Below, in pieces: positions 12,941-26,249 of a stretch of 64,000 nucleotides of DNA. Where the stretch lies: positions 65,782,001 to 65,846,000 of the forward strand of contig NC_043004.1 of NCBI RefSeq assembly GCF_006345805.1. Reading direction: 5' to 3'. This stretch comes from Octopus sinensis. Taxonomy: Eukaryota. A program made the translations under genes and the position numbers. Below the pieces are notes generated by a model that was given only the letters and a program-made list of their open reading frames with translations, was not told the DNA's origin and searched no databases. Position 1 is the stretch's first letter. Every line of letters starts with the position of its first letter.

Positions 12941-13279
12941 TTATTGCGGATTCCATGGACAGCGAGGTTCACCAAATGGAGAAGTTCTTAAGCAGATAAG
13001 GCCGAAAATGTCGCTACAAGCTGGGATCACCAAGCGTAGATTGATATATTTCGGTCATATTATGCGGAGAGAATCCCTGGAGAAGGACATCATATTGGAA
13101 TGGTCAGTGGCAAGAGAGGAAGAGGCCGACCAAGAACCCGCTGGCTTGACACGATCAGGAGTGATACCGGAATGGACATGGCCAGTCTGAAGGAAGCGGC
13201 TGAAAGATACAACTGACTGGAGGACACTGATCCAACGAGTGACCGAAAGTCGACTTCGACTGAGCGGATAGAGAGAGAG
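12941..13279 (+). mobile_element. RTE-clade (BovB-like) LINE 3' fragment
   Basis: With frameshifts it translates LLRIPWTAR.T..EVLKQIRPKMSLQAGITKRRLIYFGHIMRRESLEKDIILGMVSGKRGRGRPRTRWLDTI...RVTESRLRLSG*, followed by a (GA)n tail. Confidence 0.9.
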
Positions 13280-13416
13280 ACATTATCTCAACTATTCTAG
13301 ATATACAGTATGTATCTTATTAATTTATTAAGGAATGTACCTTTATTAAGAGTAACATAGATACGGTGTATATTTCATATGTCTACTATACTTAAAATCT
13401 GTATATGACTAAGTAC

Positions 13417-13429
13417 ATATCTATCTATC

Positions 13430-13507
<78 letters not shown>

Positions 13508-13510
13508 CAT
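13417..13510. repeat. (TCTA)n tetranucleotide microsatellite
   Basis: Direct reading. Confidence 0.95.
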
Positions 13511-13899
13511 GCATATGTATATATATATATAGATGTTTGTTCGTTCGTTTGTATGTATGTGAGACGGTATTTGAGTATGTAGAGTGTGTTGTGTGAGTGT
13601 GTGTGAATAGGTGTATTGTAAACAGAGAATATTTTACGAAAAATAGTGAGGAGATAAGTGAAACGTGAGACAATAGAAGACATAGTTGAGGAGATAACTT
13701 AGTGACCGGCCCTCAAATATATTTCTAAATAGATAGGTATATAGTTTAGAGGTTAGATAGATCAATCGATCTAGTGATAAATTGAGAAAACAACAGACAA
13801 GTAGACGAACGGAAAGAAGTACAGATTGACAGAAAAATAGATAGACTGTCGACAGATACGCACAAATACCAAGACAAATTATACTGGTGGTAGATAGTC

Positions 13900-13909
13900 A
13901 TATATATAT

Positions 13910-13946
<37 letters not shown>

Positions 13947-13966
13947 TATATATATATATATATAAT

Positions 13967-13998
<32 letters not shown>

Positions 13999-14041
13999 GT
14001 GCATGTATCGATAGAAGATGGATATGTAGGTATGTATATAT

Positions 14042-14086
<45 letters not shown>

Positions 14087-14545
14087 CATACCTACATACC
14101 TACATATATATATATATAAATATATATATTTATATATATGTATATATCATATATATTTGCATATGTATATGTTTTATATATATATGCATGCGTTGATATA
14201 TATATACATATATGTATACATATGTATATATGCATATATATATTTATATATAAATATATATATTTTTATATATATTATATATATATATATGTATATGTAT
14301 GTATATTTATATGTATATATATATATATATATATATTGTATATATATATGTATTTATATATGTATGTGTATGTATATATTTATATATGTGTCTATATATA
14401 TATATATATGTATATATATACATATGTATATGGGTATGTATTCTCACACATATACACACATATATATTCTTTGCGTATGTGTACGCTCATGTATACATTC
14501 ATGCATACATACATACATACACGCATGCATACATATACACATACA
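13900..14545. repeat. Long degenerate (TA)n/(TATG)n field
   Basis: Direct reading. Confidence 0.9.
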
Positions 14546-14924
14546 TGCAGAGTGAGAAAGAAAATGAAAGTTTCAAATTCCGTTTAAACTTTTTTTAACT
14601 TTGGCAACTTTGCCTCAACTTTCTTAACTTGTTCGATTCGTTAAATTTTATAGAAGCAGCGTAAATTTTCACAGATAAAAAAATTAAAGCAATACAAATT
14701 CACAAAATAAAAACAAAAACACGTGACAAAAAACAACTACAAAGGCAACAAAACCTGAAGTAGTTTACACTTTGCAATTAGAGTTACTATAGATAAAGCT
14801 ACATCTTCTTTTGATGATATATACATAGTAGTAGTATGATGAGCTATAACTGTATTGGTGCAATCAATTAATACTTTATTGCGTCGTTGCACTTTTAAAG
14901 TGACTTTCTTTGTCAGATATAGTC

Positions 14925-15011
14925 GTATGTATGTATGTATGTATGTATGTATGTATGTATGTAGGTAGGTAGGTACGTATGTATGTTTGTATGTATATAT
15001 GCTTACACGCA

Positions 15012-15056
<45 letters not shown>

Positions 15057-15430
15057 GCATAAATATATGCATATATATGTATAGATATGTATGTGTATAT
15101 ATAAATATATATACATGCACACATAACTATTCATATATATATATATATAATATATATATATATATGTGTGTGTTTGTGTGTGTCTGTGTGTATGTATATA
15201 TATATATACATATATTTATGTATACACATATGTTTATATATATATATATATGTATACTTATGCATATATAGACATATATATATATATGTATACACGTGTG
15301 TATATACATATATATATATATATGTATGTATATATACATATATATTCACATATACATACACACACACGCACACACACATATATATATATATGTATATACA
15401 TATATATACGTATGTATATATATATACATA
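14925..15430. repeat. (TATG)n plus (TA)n/(TG)n microsatellite field
   Basis: Direct reading. Confidence 0.9.
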
Positions 15431-16449
15431 TATGTACGTTGTGTGTGTAAGTTCATTTATTTATATTTTTTATTCGTGTTTCAAAGTCATTTAACGGTGT
15501 GCTTTCACAGTAATTATCTTAATGGGGAAATTCAGCATCTGTCCATATATTTCAATATCACTTCGTTCAAACACGAAGTATAAAAGCAGCCGCCATTTTG
15601 TTTGAAGCGCTGTGATATTTGGTCTTGATCAAAAGTAGTTATTCGGGTGAGTTGTTCATTTGGTGTAATATAGTTATTTTGTTCAGCGGATTATTGTAAC
15701 AAATGAAGTTATAAGTCGGCTTGTAATGGTTAGTGATGAGTATGTTTAGGGGGAGATCGAAAGAGTGAGAAATAGTGGGAGAAGCTGATGGGGAGATAAA
15801 TAAATTGAGAGGGGAATAGCATAGCGGGAAATGTTGAAAGACAGAGAGGCGGGAAAATTAAGGGGTAGGGTGAAAGAAATCAGTTTAGCTTGAAGGATTT
15901 TGTCGATATATCTCAATAAGAACGTGATCCAGCATGGCTACATTGCAACTATCGTTTGTAACCTCAAAGGCAAATTTATAGAATCGCTTAAGTCACGTTC
16001 AGCTAAATGTTCGAAAGTATCTCTGCAGTCAAAACAATCCAACAGAGATATTTTGTTTTCTTCTGATAAAAAAATGAGAGAAAAAGTGGGGAAAAGACTC
16101 GGTTTATGAATATATGCATATCAGAACATTTGTACAGGAACACGCACATATACACACATGACTATATGTTGATATATACGTTTGTATATATACACACAAA
16201 CGTTCACACACACACATGTACATATATATATATATCCACACGTACCTGCTAAGAGATAACATATACAAAGAGATACAAACATATACAAACACATACACAG
16301 AGACACGTGCATGCATAAACACGTAGACTATCTCGGTTCAGGTTCACTAAAACAAAGAAACAAATACCAATATATTGTTTATTGCTTTTTAAACAGAAAC
16401 ATAAATGGACGCTGACTTCGAAGGTTCTCCGATAATATATATACACACA

Positions 16450-16488
<39 letters not shown>

Positions 16489-17090
16489 ATGTATGTATGT
16501 ACGTATGTATGTATGAATGTATGCACCTCTTTATTGATCTGCAACATTTTACTGATTTTCCTGTGTCTGGTGTGCCTAGACGTGTTTACATCCTTCATGA
16601 GCTCAAAAGTTCGATGGTGTTCTCCTTCCTGTCTTCTCAACGTTTCCTTCTTTTGATGCTGTCCATTGCCAGTTCGTATCAGTGTAATTAATGATAGCAG
16701 TCTTCTGCATGATATGATTGCTTTCCTGAAATCTTGAGGCTAAATTTCGTAAAATCCCCATTCATTATAGACATACTTTGACTTTTATTGTCAATAGCCG
16801 AAATATCTCATTAACCTGGGCGACGAAAATTCTATTTTTGTCATTTTTTAATTCATATTTGCGATTCGGTACATAAAATCATCACATAGCAGAGGCACAA
16901 TGTTTCTCCCGATCTCACACGCCATCAGTGAGTTGCTGCACACCGGGAAGCCAAACCAGTAACAATCCCGAAAAAGAAAAACAAGTAATAACTGTACGGC
17001 CACGCATGCTACCTATCACAGCTCACTACCAAGTTTTCGTGGACATATCGGTCGCATATTCCATGAACAACTCTCACCTCACAATTCCTT

Positions 17091-17260
17091 ATTTCTTTAT
17101 TGCTCACAAGGGGCTAAACATAGAGGGGACAAACACGGACAGAAAAAAGGGATTAAGTCGATCCCATCGTCCCAAGTGCGTAACTGGTACTTAATTTATG
17201 GACCCCCATAGGATTAAAGACACAGTCAAGCTAGACGGAATTTGAACTCAGAAGGTAACG
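17091..17260 (-). mobile_element. SINE family C, headless unit with tail type 1
   Basis: atttctttattgctcacaaggggctaaac...gcgtaactggtacttaattta...cggaatttgaactcagaa matches the units at 37937 and 55229. Confidence 0.8.
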
Positions 17261-17555
17261 GATTTGAAATTCTGTGTACAAATCAGTTTTTCCTTGATTC
17301 GAACAAATTGTTAAATACTTCGCTCAGTTCGTCTATGCTATCTATCACAGTTTATTTCTGTATATAATTTTAATTTGATTTACTAAGTTCATTTGTCAGT
17401 AAAATCTGATGTCAGTAGAAATAGTATCTTCTAGGGACGCAATTACTGTCAAGTGTTTAAATAAGGCATGTTGTGAATGAAGTATAATTTACATTATTCG
17501 AGTCTTTTACATATGATTAATTTCAGCCATATATTTCTAATGAAGATTTATGCCA

Positions 17556-17832
17556 GACAAGCTGGCAGAATCGTTAGCACGCCGGGGGAACTGCTTACCG
17601 TTATTTCACCCGTGGATGCATTCTGAGTTCAAATTCTCCCCAGGTCGACTTTGCCTTTCATCCTTTCGGGGCTGATAAATTTAGTACCAGTTGCGTACTG
17701 AGGTCAGTCCAATCAACTGGCCACCTCTCCTAAAATTTCGGGCGTTGTGCCTAGAGTAATAAAGAATTGTTAGCACGCCGGGCGAAATGCTTAGCGGTAT
17801 TTCGCCCGTCGATACGTTCTGAGTTCAAATTC
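17556..17832 (+). mobile_element. SINE family C with tail type 2, followed by a partial tandem restart
   Basis: gctggcagaatcgttagcacgccggg...ctgagttcaaattc...ggtcgactttgcctttcatcc...aaaatttcgggcgttgtgcctagag, then again gttagcacgccgggcgaaatgcttagcgg. Confidence 0.8.
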
Positions 17833-18004
17833 CCCCGATTACGCGTTAAGTACTTTACCATCAAGCTGAACTGCTCGAACAGCAAATGTTTTATCTTAGG
17901 TTGAATTCAACTTCCATTGAAAGTAAACAAACAAATTTCGCTTCAGAAGCGTTGACATTCAAAGTAATTTGAATTTATATGTATATATATATATACATAC
18001 CTGA

Positions 18005-18083
<79 letters not shown>

Positions 18084-18233
18084 TATACATGTATACACAC
18101 ACACACATATATATATACATATTCAGCTTATCTAATTCATAAGGAAAATATTTATAACCACTATGGAATGCTCGAAGCATACTAACTTCCTACAGTTTGA
18201 TGCTTGGATTTCACCTTTACTCAAACACACACA

Positions 18234-18299
<66 letters not shown>

Positions 18300-19108
18300 G
18301 CTTTATTTATATTTGTTAGATAAATTTATATACATGTGTGTGTGATGGCGTATACGTGTCACGTGTGCACGTATGCATGCTGTTCATAATTTTGTGCCTT
18401 TCCAGAGGCTACATGTTCCGTATCTGTGAAATTTGGCATATGAGTTTCGTATCAAAGAATATTTTGCAAACATTCATTAAACTTCCATTAAATTTTCAAC
18501 GCTTGTACACACGCACACACACATACACACACACAAACACATAACACACATATATGTATACACACATACACAAATATGTATACATATATATATATATATA
18601 TTATATATATATATATATATAATATATATATATACATACATACATATACATGCACATTAACACAAGCGGGTTTGTTCTCTAAGGAATCAGAAGTGAGTCT
18701 TGGAAACTCTAAAGAGAGTATGAAATTCTAATGTAAGTTCACTGAGTGGAATTTTTGCAAATTTCTAATTAAATGAAGGAAAAAATCAACTAAATAAAGT
18801 AGCAAACATCAGAAAACTTACTTTAATAATAGATCATGTAATTCACGGACATACATTATTCATTTGGTGAGACACTGAAAAATAGATTGATGAACAAATA
18901 TAAGTGAAAACCATATATAAATACGTATACTTACTTATTCACAGAAGCGCAGAAAAAGAATAGTAAATTAATTTTATGAAAAAACGGAAGACAGATACGC
19001 TTGATTAAGAGACATAAACTAGAACATACATGTGTTTGTTTATAATCATGTGTGTGTATGCATACACACGTATACACATATATATTGCGATGTATGTAAA
19101 TTAGTATT

Positions 19109-19548
19109 GTGGAAGCGCAATGATCCAGTGTTTAGGGTAACGGACTTGCGGTAGTAGGATCGCGGTTTCGATTCCCAGACTAGGCGTTGTGAGTGTTTAT
19201 TGAGCGAAAACACCTAAAGTCCACAAGGCTCCAGCAGGGAATTGTGGCAAACCCTGCAGTAATTTTTCACCATAACTTTATCTCACTTCTTCTTGTTTCT
19301 ATTGTACCAGTATTCCAAAGAGCCATCATAAGGGTGCACGTGTCTGTGGAGGGCTCAGCCACTTGTACTTTAATTTCACGAGCAGGCTGTTCCAATGTCA
19401 GTATTTCGCCAGTCGCTACGTTCTGGGTTGAAATTCTGCCGTGGTCGACTTTGCCTTTCGACCTTTCATGGTCGATAAATTTAGTACCGGTTACGTACTC
19501 GGGTCGATCTGATCTACCAGCCCCGTCTCCAAAAATTTCAGGTTTATA
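19109..19548 (+). mobile_element. Cluster of SINE pieces: A 5' part (19109-19297), D body (19331-19395), C part (19400-19548)
   Basis: Each block matches other copies in the window; B-box-like ggtttcgattc near 19165. Confidence 0.75.
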
Positions 19549-19939
19549 TGAATGCATGTTATCGCACCCGAGTATATATGTTGTGCCTCCGTATTGACAT
19601 AAACAACCACCCCGGTTGCTCACCATGAACTATAAAATGAACCCTTTTTCAGCTTATCGTACTTCGATACGGCAAAATGCACAACCCTCTGCGTCAATAA
19701 GTCATTATTGTTCCTGAAAGTTTTTTTTTATATCTCCCAAGGATTATTTGAAACTCACTAACTTCCTATACTTTGATCCTTGGACTTTACCTTTACATAT
19801 ATACATGTGCGTTTGTATTTATATGTATATACATACATATACATAAATACATATTTATATATACATACGTATATTTATATATAAATATATGTGTGTGTGT
19901 GATACTTAATATATATACAGTTTTTTGTTGCAGAAACAG

Positions 19940-20125
19940 CAGATAAAAATCTAATCAATACATATAATAAAGTACAATTAAGTAATTCTATGCAACTGAC
20001 GCTTCCCTGCGTCGCTCTTCAATGCATCCAGCTCTTGGCGTTAGTTCAGGCGATATTTCGTGATAGCCAAGATGGCGGTGGGATCACGTCTGCTTGATCA
20101 GCGCTGACCTTGATTAACAGGCTAG
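19940..20125 (-). repeat. Unclassified interspersed repeat family F, copy 1
   Basis: Reverse complement matches 24268-24440 (aaggtca.gctgat.aagcagac.tgatcc.accgccatcttggctatc..gaaatatcgcctgaac.aacgc.aag). Confidence 0.8.
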
Positions 20126-20559
20126 CAACAGGATAACTAAAAAATCATAGAGTCAGATTATATTTAGAAACAATATCTAAATATTGTGAGAAAGAACGGA
20201 TATCAAAGCGATACTGGAATACAAAATATAGTTATTCATCTAAGTTCAATCATGTACGTATATTTATATTTTTACAAATACACACATACATACATACATA
20301 CATACATACATGCACACACATACACACATATATATAAATATATAAACTCTTGCACACACGAATATCAGCGCACATATTTTGATCACAGTGGGACGCATGG
20401 AGCCTCTAAAATGTAATCATTGCCTGATAACATTAAGCAGGGAATATAATAACACCACTTTAACATGTTTTTCTGAGCCAAGTATTTTGATAAAAGTGAG
20501 TCTGATAACATTATGCTTCAATATAATTTAACGATATCTTTATCTTCTTTTCTCTACTT

Positions 20560-20760
20560 CTTTTTGTCTATGGCTGCCGCCTTGTTATAGCATAGGTTTC
20601 AAGACTTTTAGTCGAAAAAATTCGACTTTGGTATCTCTTTCTAAAGTCTATTACTTAGTTTCGGTTTCGTTTACTGATCTCGTAAATTAGGGGACGTAAA
20701 CAAACCGACAGGGTTCACAAGTTGTGGTGGAAGAGGGATAGACACAAAAACACACAGATC
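20560..20760 (-). mobile_element. Degenerate SINE B 3' half
   Basis: ctttagtcgaa...ggggacgtaaacaaaccg...ttgtggtgg matches family B. Confidence 0.6.
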
Positions 20761-20859
20761 TGTACAGATGTGCATATATATATGTATATGTATATACGTA
20801 GATACATATATGCACACATATAGAATATGAAATTGGTATATATATATATGCGTGTGTGT

Positions 20860-20972
20860 GTGTGGTACTTAATGTATATACGGTTTTTTGATATATATAT
20901 ATATATACATACATATATATATATATAATATATATATAATACATAATATATATATATATATATTATATATAT

Positions 20973-21006
<34 letters not shown>

Positions 21007-21033
21007 ATATATATAATATATATATATATATAT

Positions 21034-21078
<45 letters not shown>
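20860..21078. repeat. (TA)n-(GA)n microsatellite
   Basis: Direct reading. Confidence 0.9.
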
Positions 21079-21079
<1 letters not shown>

Positions 21080-21297
21080 ATAAATAAACAAATGCGCCCT
21101 GTTAAAGCCTAGCCGGGCTCATGTGCCCGGTATCCTGGTTTCTATGGCGTATGTATTCCCCAGGTGGACGGGACGCCAGTCCATCCCAGCGTTACTCATT
21201 TCTGCCAGCTGAGTGGACTGGAGGAACGTGAAATGAAGTGTTTTGCTCAAGAACACAACTCTTCGGCCGGTCCAGGAATCGAAACCACAATCTTACG
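21080..21297 (-). mobile_element. SINE with D-type head and A-type 3' module
   Basis: Reverse complement of 25367-25620. Confidence 0.85.
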
Positions 21298-21720
21298 TAC
21301 GTTTCCATAAAGCCGATACGGCAACTACTTTCAGTTTCCATTTACCCTGTAAATTTCAGTTTCTCCAAGTAAATCTATATAAAATATAATGTTGTAATTT
21401 AACCTTTTCTTTGTTATTAATTGATACGTTTTACTATGCAACTATTCAAAATTCCGTAGTATCTTCCTCGCTTTCTATAGATAATAACACTCATGGCCCT
21501 ACATTTATTTTTAACATGTTTAACCATGTTAAACGGTTATGTTTCCATCGACTTCATCAATGTAGATATAATAAACACACACACAAGCATACGCAAAATG
21601 GTGCGCATACACATTCAGTTGCATACATATGTACACATATTTATGTTTGGTTGATCTAAGACATGACAATATAATCATTCATCGGTCTAAGTATCATTAT
21701 CATTTGAATGATGAATATAA

Positions 21721-21925
21721 AAGCGGTGAGCAGGCAGATTCGTCAGCACCCCGGGGGTAATGCTTAGCAGTATTTCGTTTGTTGCTACTTTCGGACTTGA
21801 AATTCCGACAGTGTCTGCTTCGCCTTTCATCCTTTAGGTGTCGATAAAATAAGTACCATCAAAATGCTAGTGTCGATGTAATCGATTAATCCACCCAACC
21901 AAATTTTAGGCCTTGTTCCTAGGAG
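21721..21925 (+). mobile_element. SINE family C (tail type 2), degenerate
   Basis: gcggtgagcaggcagattcgtcagcac...gcctttcatcctttaggtgtcgataaaataagtacc. Confidence 0.7.
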
Positions 21926-22325
21926 AACAGATTATCATCATACTTGTCACTGTTTCCCTATATCATGTACCACCCCTATGAAACCGGAGTGGATTCGCCT
22001 ACAACTGTACATTTAATAAGCAGAAACATTGATTCTAGCTTCGGGAACTTAAAAAATAATCGACAAAACTGTTGAGTTATGATTCATGTTAAAAAATACG
22101 AGTTGATATGGAGAAGAAAAACTAATACATAGAGTCTGGCGCTAGATCTTAGACTAAGCTTTTCCAGTACATCCAAATTTGCGTGTTTCGAACAGGTACA
22201 GGATAATACTGTTATTTATTATCTAACATTATCAACTAATGATTTCAACTACAATTATCCATCTGCCCCAGAGGATTCGAAATATGCATAACGTACACGC
22301 ACGCCGATATATGTACATATGTCTG

Positions 22326-22406
<81 letters not shown>

Positions 22407-22448
22407 CATATATATATGTACACATATGCATATATCTATATACATTTA

Positions 22449-22479
<31 letters not shown>

Positions 22480-22576
22480 ATAAATATAGACATATATACA
22501 TACATACATAGTACAAAGTAAGATAGGGGTTATGGGTGTAACCCACTATGGGATATATATATATATATATATATAT

Positions 22577-22985
22577 ACATAAATACAGTGTACATTTAAA
22601 TACAAAAGAGGTATTAATCATTGGACTACCTGCATGCTAGAGAGGACAGTTAAAATTCCAAACCACTATTAGGGATAATATTTCGAATACGCAGTAGATT
22701 TGAAAAATAGAATGTATAAGCACGTGGCATATACTGGATTTTCTCGTGTATATATAACCTAAGGTGTACCTCCTGAAGAAGGCTTCATCTAGCAAATTGC
22801 TTTATTTACTAAAAAAAAGTCTGGAACGATTGGTCCAGGAGTTAGGTGGTAGATGTTTTTCATTTTTCAATCTATTCGAAATTTTATCCCTAATAGTGGT
22901 TTGGAATATTAACTGTCCTCTGTAGTGTGCAGGTATTCCTATGATGGATACCTCTCTGTGTTTAAATGTACACTGTATTTATATG
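22577..22985. repeat. Fold-back element with about 125-130 bp imperfect inverted arms (22577-22709, 22861-22985)
   Basis: aaatacagtgtacatttaaa...gaggacagttaa.attccaaaccactattagggataa.atttcgaata occurs on both strands. The left end abuts (TA)n. Confidence 0.85.
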
Positions 22986-23472
22986 AATCATATATAGTCT
23001 ATTGACTAAATTCTTTACACGCTAGGCCACTGGTCATGGATATTTCTAATATTTTTGATAAACCTTTGATAATATTAATGATATATATACATAGATATAT
23101 ATGTGTATATACATATATATATATATATGAATTTATATATATATATATTGTTCTTAATATTAATAATGATGTGCACTCTTAACCTTTCATTCCCCCTCCC
23201 TTTCTCAGCCTTCATTCTTTTGGCTTTCCTTTTCTTCTACCTTACTGTCTCTCTCCCTCTCTCTCTCTCTCATTCTTCATCGTTTTCTCTACAACCATTC
23301 CCTTTTCCTCTCCCTTTCTCTTACTCCTCCCCTCCCTCCCGTCGCGGTCGCGTGATGAGAGGGTTACTACTGTGTTTCTTCTCCTGGCTGCCTCCAAGTA
23401 GAGACGGCAAATCTGTTGCTCCCTCGCCGTTCTAAAAAAAATAGCGTTCGTAATATTTTATCTCTTTCGGCT

Positions 23473-23910
23473 TAACAGCCCTTCTTGTTTGTGTTACTGT
23501 TATTCTCCGTGTCCTGTCTTTTACTGTTTATATTTTGTACTGTCGTTACTGTCCTGTTTTTGTTACCATTTTTACCCCTCCGCAAAAAAATCTCAAATTT
23601 TATTTAATTTGCTTTTCGCAGGAAGGAAAGTTTCATTAAAGCCATGTATCGCCTTGACCTTCGAAACGTGGAGTAGATGAAACAAAGGCGACTGAAGAAG
23701 GGGAATTTTCCTTGTTTTGTATGTCCTGTACTCTATTTTTTCGTTGTTTAAGAAAAATGTCCATTTCCTTGGTTTTGTGTTTATGTCTTCGTTTCTCATT
23801 GTGTTGGACGTTTTTTTGGTGTCCTGTACCCATATATGCATGTATATATACATGTAGAGGTAGGCACGTACATATATGTATGTATATATGCATATGTGTT
23901 ATTTATTTAT
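23473..23910 (-). repeat. Unclassified interspersed repeat family E, copy 2
   Basis: See 5818-6270. Preceded by a polypyrimidine tract at 23180-23340. Confidence 0.8.
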
Positions 23911-24267
23911 TCATTTATTATATATATATATATACACAAACATATTCATATATATACATACATAAATCCATTCATACATAAATCCATACATACATGCATA
24001 AATCCATCCATCCATACATACATACATACATCCATACATACATACATACATCCATACATACATACATATATACATACTTGCATGCATACATACATACATA
24101 TATACATACTTGCATGCATACATTTTCATGAATATGCTGTTACACATTACTGTTGCATTGAATTCCCGTATCTCTTTCATATCCGTTACACCTCTCAATA
24201 TTTCGTTATTTTATCTAAATATAATCTGACTGAACATTTTTCCCCCAGTTATTTTGTTATCTTCGAT

Positions 24268-24440
24268 GAAGGTCAATGCTGATGAAGCAGACCTGATCCT
24301 ACCGCCATCTTGGCTATCGTGAAATATCGCCTGAACGAACGCTAAGACCGGGAAGCATTTAGAAGCGACACAGAGAAGCGCCAGCTGTGTATAACTAGTT
24401 AATTCTGCTCTACAATATATATTGATTACATATTTTCACA
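24268..24440 (+). repeat. Unclassified interspersed repeat family F, copy 2
   Basis: See 19940-20125. Confidence 0.8.
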
Positions 24441-24658
24441 GATCTCAAAAAGACGGTTATACGTATGTGTTTGTGTGCGTGTGTGTATGTGTGCATATGA
24501 ATGTGTGTGTGTCTGCTTCGTGTGTCAGTGTGTGTATGTATACATATGTATGCATATATTATATATATATATTTATACATTATATATATATAAACATATA
24601 TACATGCCCACACACATGTAGGCATATATGTACATATGGATAAAGTTATATGCATATA

Positions 24659-24699
<41 letters not shown>

Positions 24700-25366
24700 A
24701 TCTATAAAAGAAAATAACAATCCATATATATACAAGAATATACATACATAAATACATGCATACATATATATGCAGGCACAAATTCTTGCCTACACATTCA
24801 CACACAGACATGCATACACGCATCGACACACACATCTAAATGCTCGAAGGCGCGCGCACACACACACATATGCATATATACATATATATCTCTATATACA
24901 TATGCACATACGTATGTGTATGTGTGTGTCTGTTGCATGTATATATCGTTGTTGCTGAGTCAACATATTTCTCAGCTTCTAGTGCCGATAACATACAAGA
25001 TGCTGACTTATAGAGCTAATAAGACCTATCGTAATTACAGAGTTGTTTAAATTTATACATATAATATTCTATCCTCTCTGCATCATTCCTTTGTCATTAT
25101 TGTCGCCCATAACATTTTCTAAAAATAAGTATGATGAATTAGTTTCCACATCCTTAATCCTATTGTCAGCATAAGTAAATTTGTTTGTTTCACGCTCACG
25201 TTGCCTTTACCTTATGCCACATGACCTGGTACACGGTCTACTAGACACTTGCCACTTAGTCTTTCAGTCCTATATGTAAGCCTGTGAGGTTAGCCCGGTT
25301 CATGGGCCTAGTTTCCCAACATGAGTGTGAGAATATATATATAGACATGCATATATATATCATTTT

Positions 25367-25620
25367 GGAGGCGCGTGGCTTAGTGGATAAGGTGTTAGCA
25401 CCATGATCGTAACATTGTGGTTTCGATTACTGGACCGGGCGACGCGTTTTGTTCTTGAGCAAAACACTCCATTTCACGTTGCTCCAGTCCACTCAGCTGG
25501 CAAAAATGAGTAACACTGCGATGGACTGGCGTCCCGTCCAGCTAGGGGACAAATACGCCATTGAATATCTGGGAAACTAGGCCCATGAGCCTGGCTAACC
25601 TTTGAAAGGGCGCATTTATT
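25367..25620 (+). mobile_element. SINE with D-type head and A-type 3' module
   Basis: ggaggcgcgtggcttagtgg, ggtttcgatt, cttgagcaaaacac, ctgcgatggactggcgtcccgtccag, gggaaactaggcccatgagcc. Confidence 0.85.
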
Positions 25621-25622
25621 TA

Positions 25623-25934
25623 GTGGAGGCGCAATGGCCCAGTGATTAGGGCAGCGGACTAGCGGTCGGAGGATCGCGGTTTCGATTCCCAGACCGGGAG
25701 TTGTGTGTGTTTATTGAGGGAAAACATCTAGGAGCTCCACAAGGCTCCGGCAGGGGGGGGGGGGTGACCCCTTTTGTACTCTTTTGTACACCACAACTTT
25801 CTCTCACACTATCTTCCTGTTTCTTGAGTAACGCTGCGATGGACAGGCGTCCCGTTCAGCTGTGGGGCGACATATACGCCATAGAAACCGGGAAACCGAG
25901 CCCATGAGCCTAGCTAGGCTTGAAAAGGGCGACG
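25623..25934 (+). mobile_element. SINE family A, directly adjacent to the previous SINE
   Basis: gtggaggcgcaatggcccagtg...ggtttcgattcccagaccggg...gaaaccgggaaaccgagcccatgagcc; reverse complement of 34257-34518. Confidence 0.9.
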
Positions 25935-25954
25935 TTTATCGTTTTTATATAATG

Positions 25955-26138
25955 TTTTATTTCTTACTCGATTTAATTATTAGACTGCGGCCGTGCTGTG
26001 GCACTGTTTCGAAGAATTCTAGTCAAACGAAATGATACCAGAACATTTTCTAAAGAACAATCTGGTCCTTATTCTATCGGTGTCGGTTAGCTACAGGGAG
26101 GTAAACAAGCCAGTACCGGTTGTCAAGCTATTGTGGGA
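25955..26138 (-). mobile_element. Degenerate SINE B 3' half
   Basis: gactgcggccgtgctg...ttattctatcgg...ggttgtcaagc; ends at a microsatellite. Confidence 0.6.
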
Positions 26139-26185
26139 ATTAACAGACGTATATGTGTATGTGTGTATATTTAAGTATGTATGTG

Positions 26186-26238
<53 letters not shown>

Positions 26239-26249
26239 GTGTGTGTGTA

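Noticed and set aside
14740-14925. Possible DNA transposon end (tacgactatatctgacaaagaaag on the minus strand)
   Set aside because: It resembles a mariner TIR, but no partner TIR or transposase was found.
10819-15578. 13 bp inverted match between 10819 and 15566 (ttcaaacacgaag)
   Set aside because: Many 13-mer matches are expected by chance in 64 kb of AT-rich DNA.
19193-19626. ORFs of 134 and 119 aa on opposite strands
   Set aside because: They span adjacent SINE fragments; no protein signature.
23660-23705. Hammerhead in family E (ccttcgaaacg ... ctgaagaaggg)
   Set aside because: GAAAC lies upstream of CTGAAGA, and no consistent stems I-III could be built in either copy.
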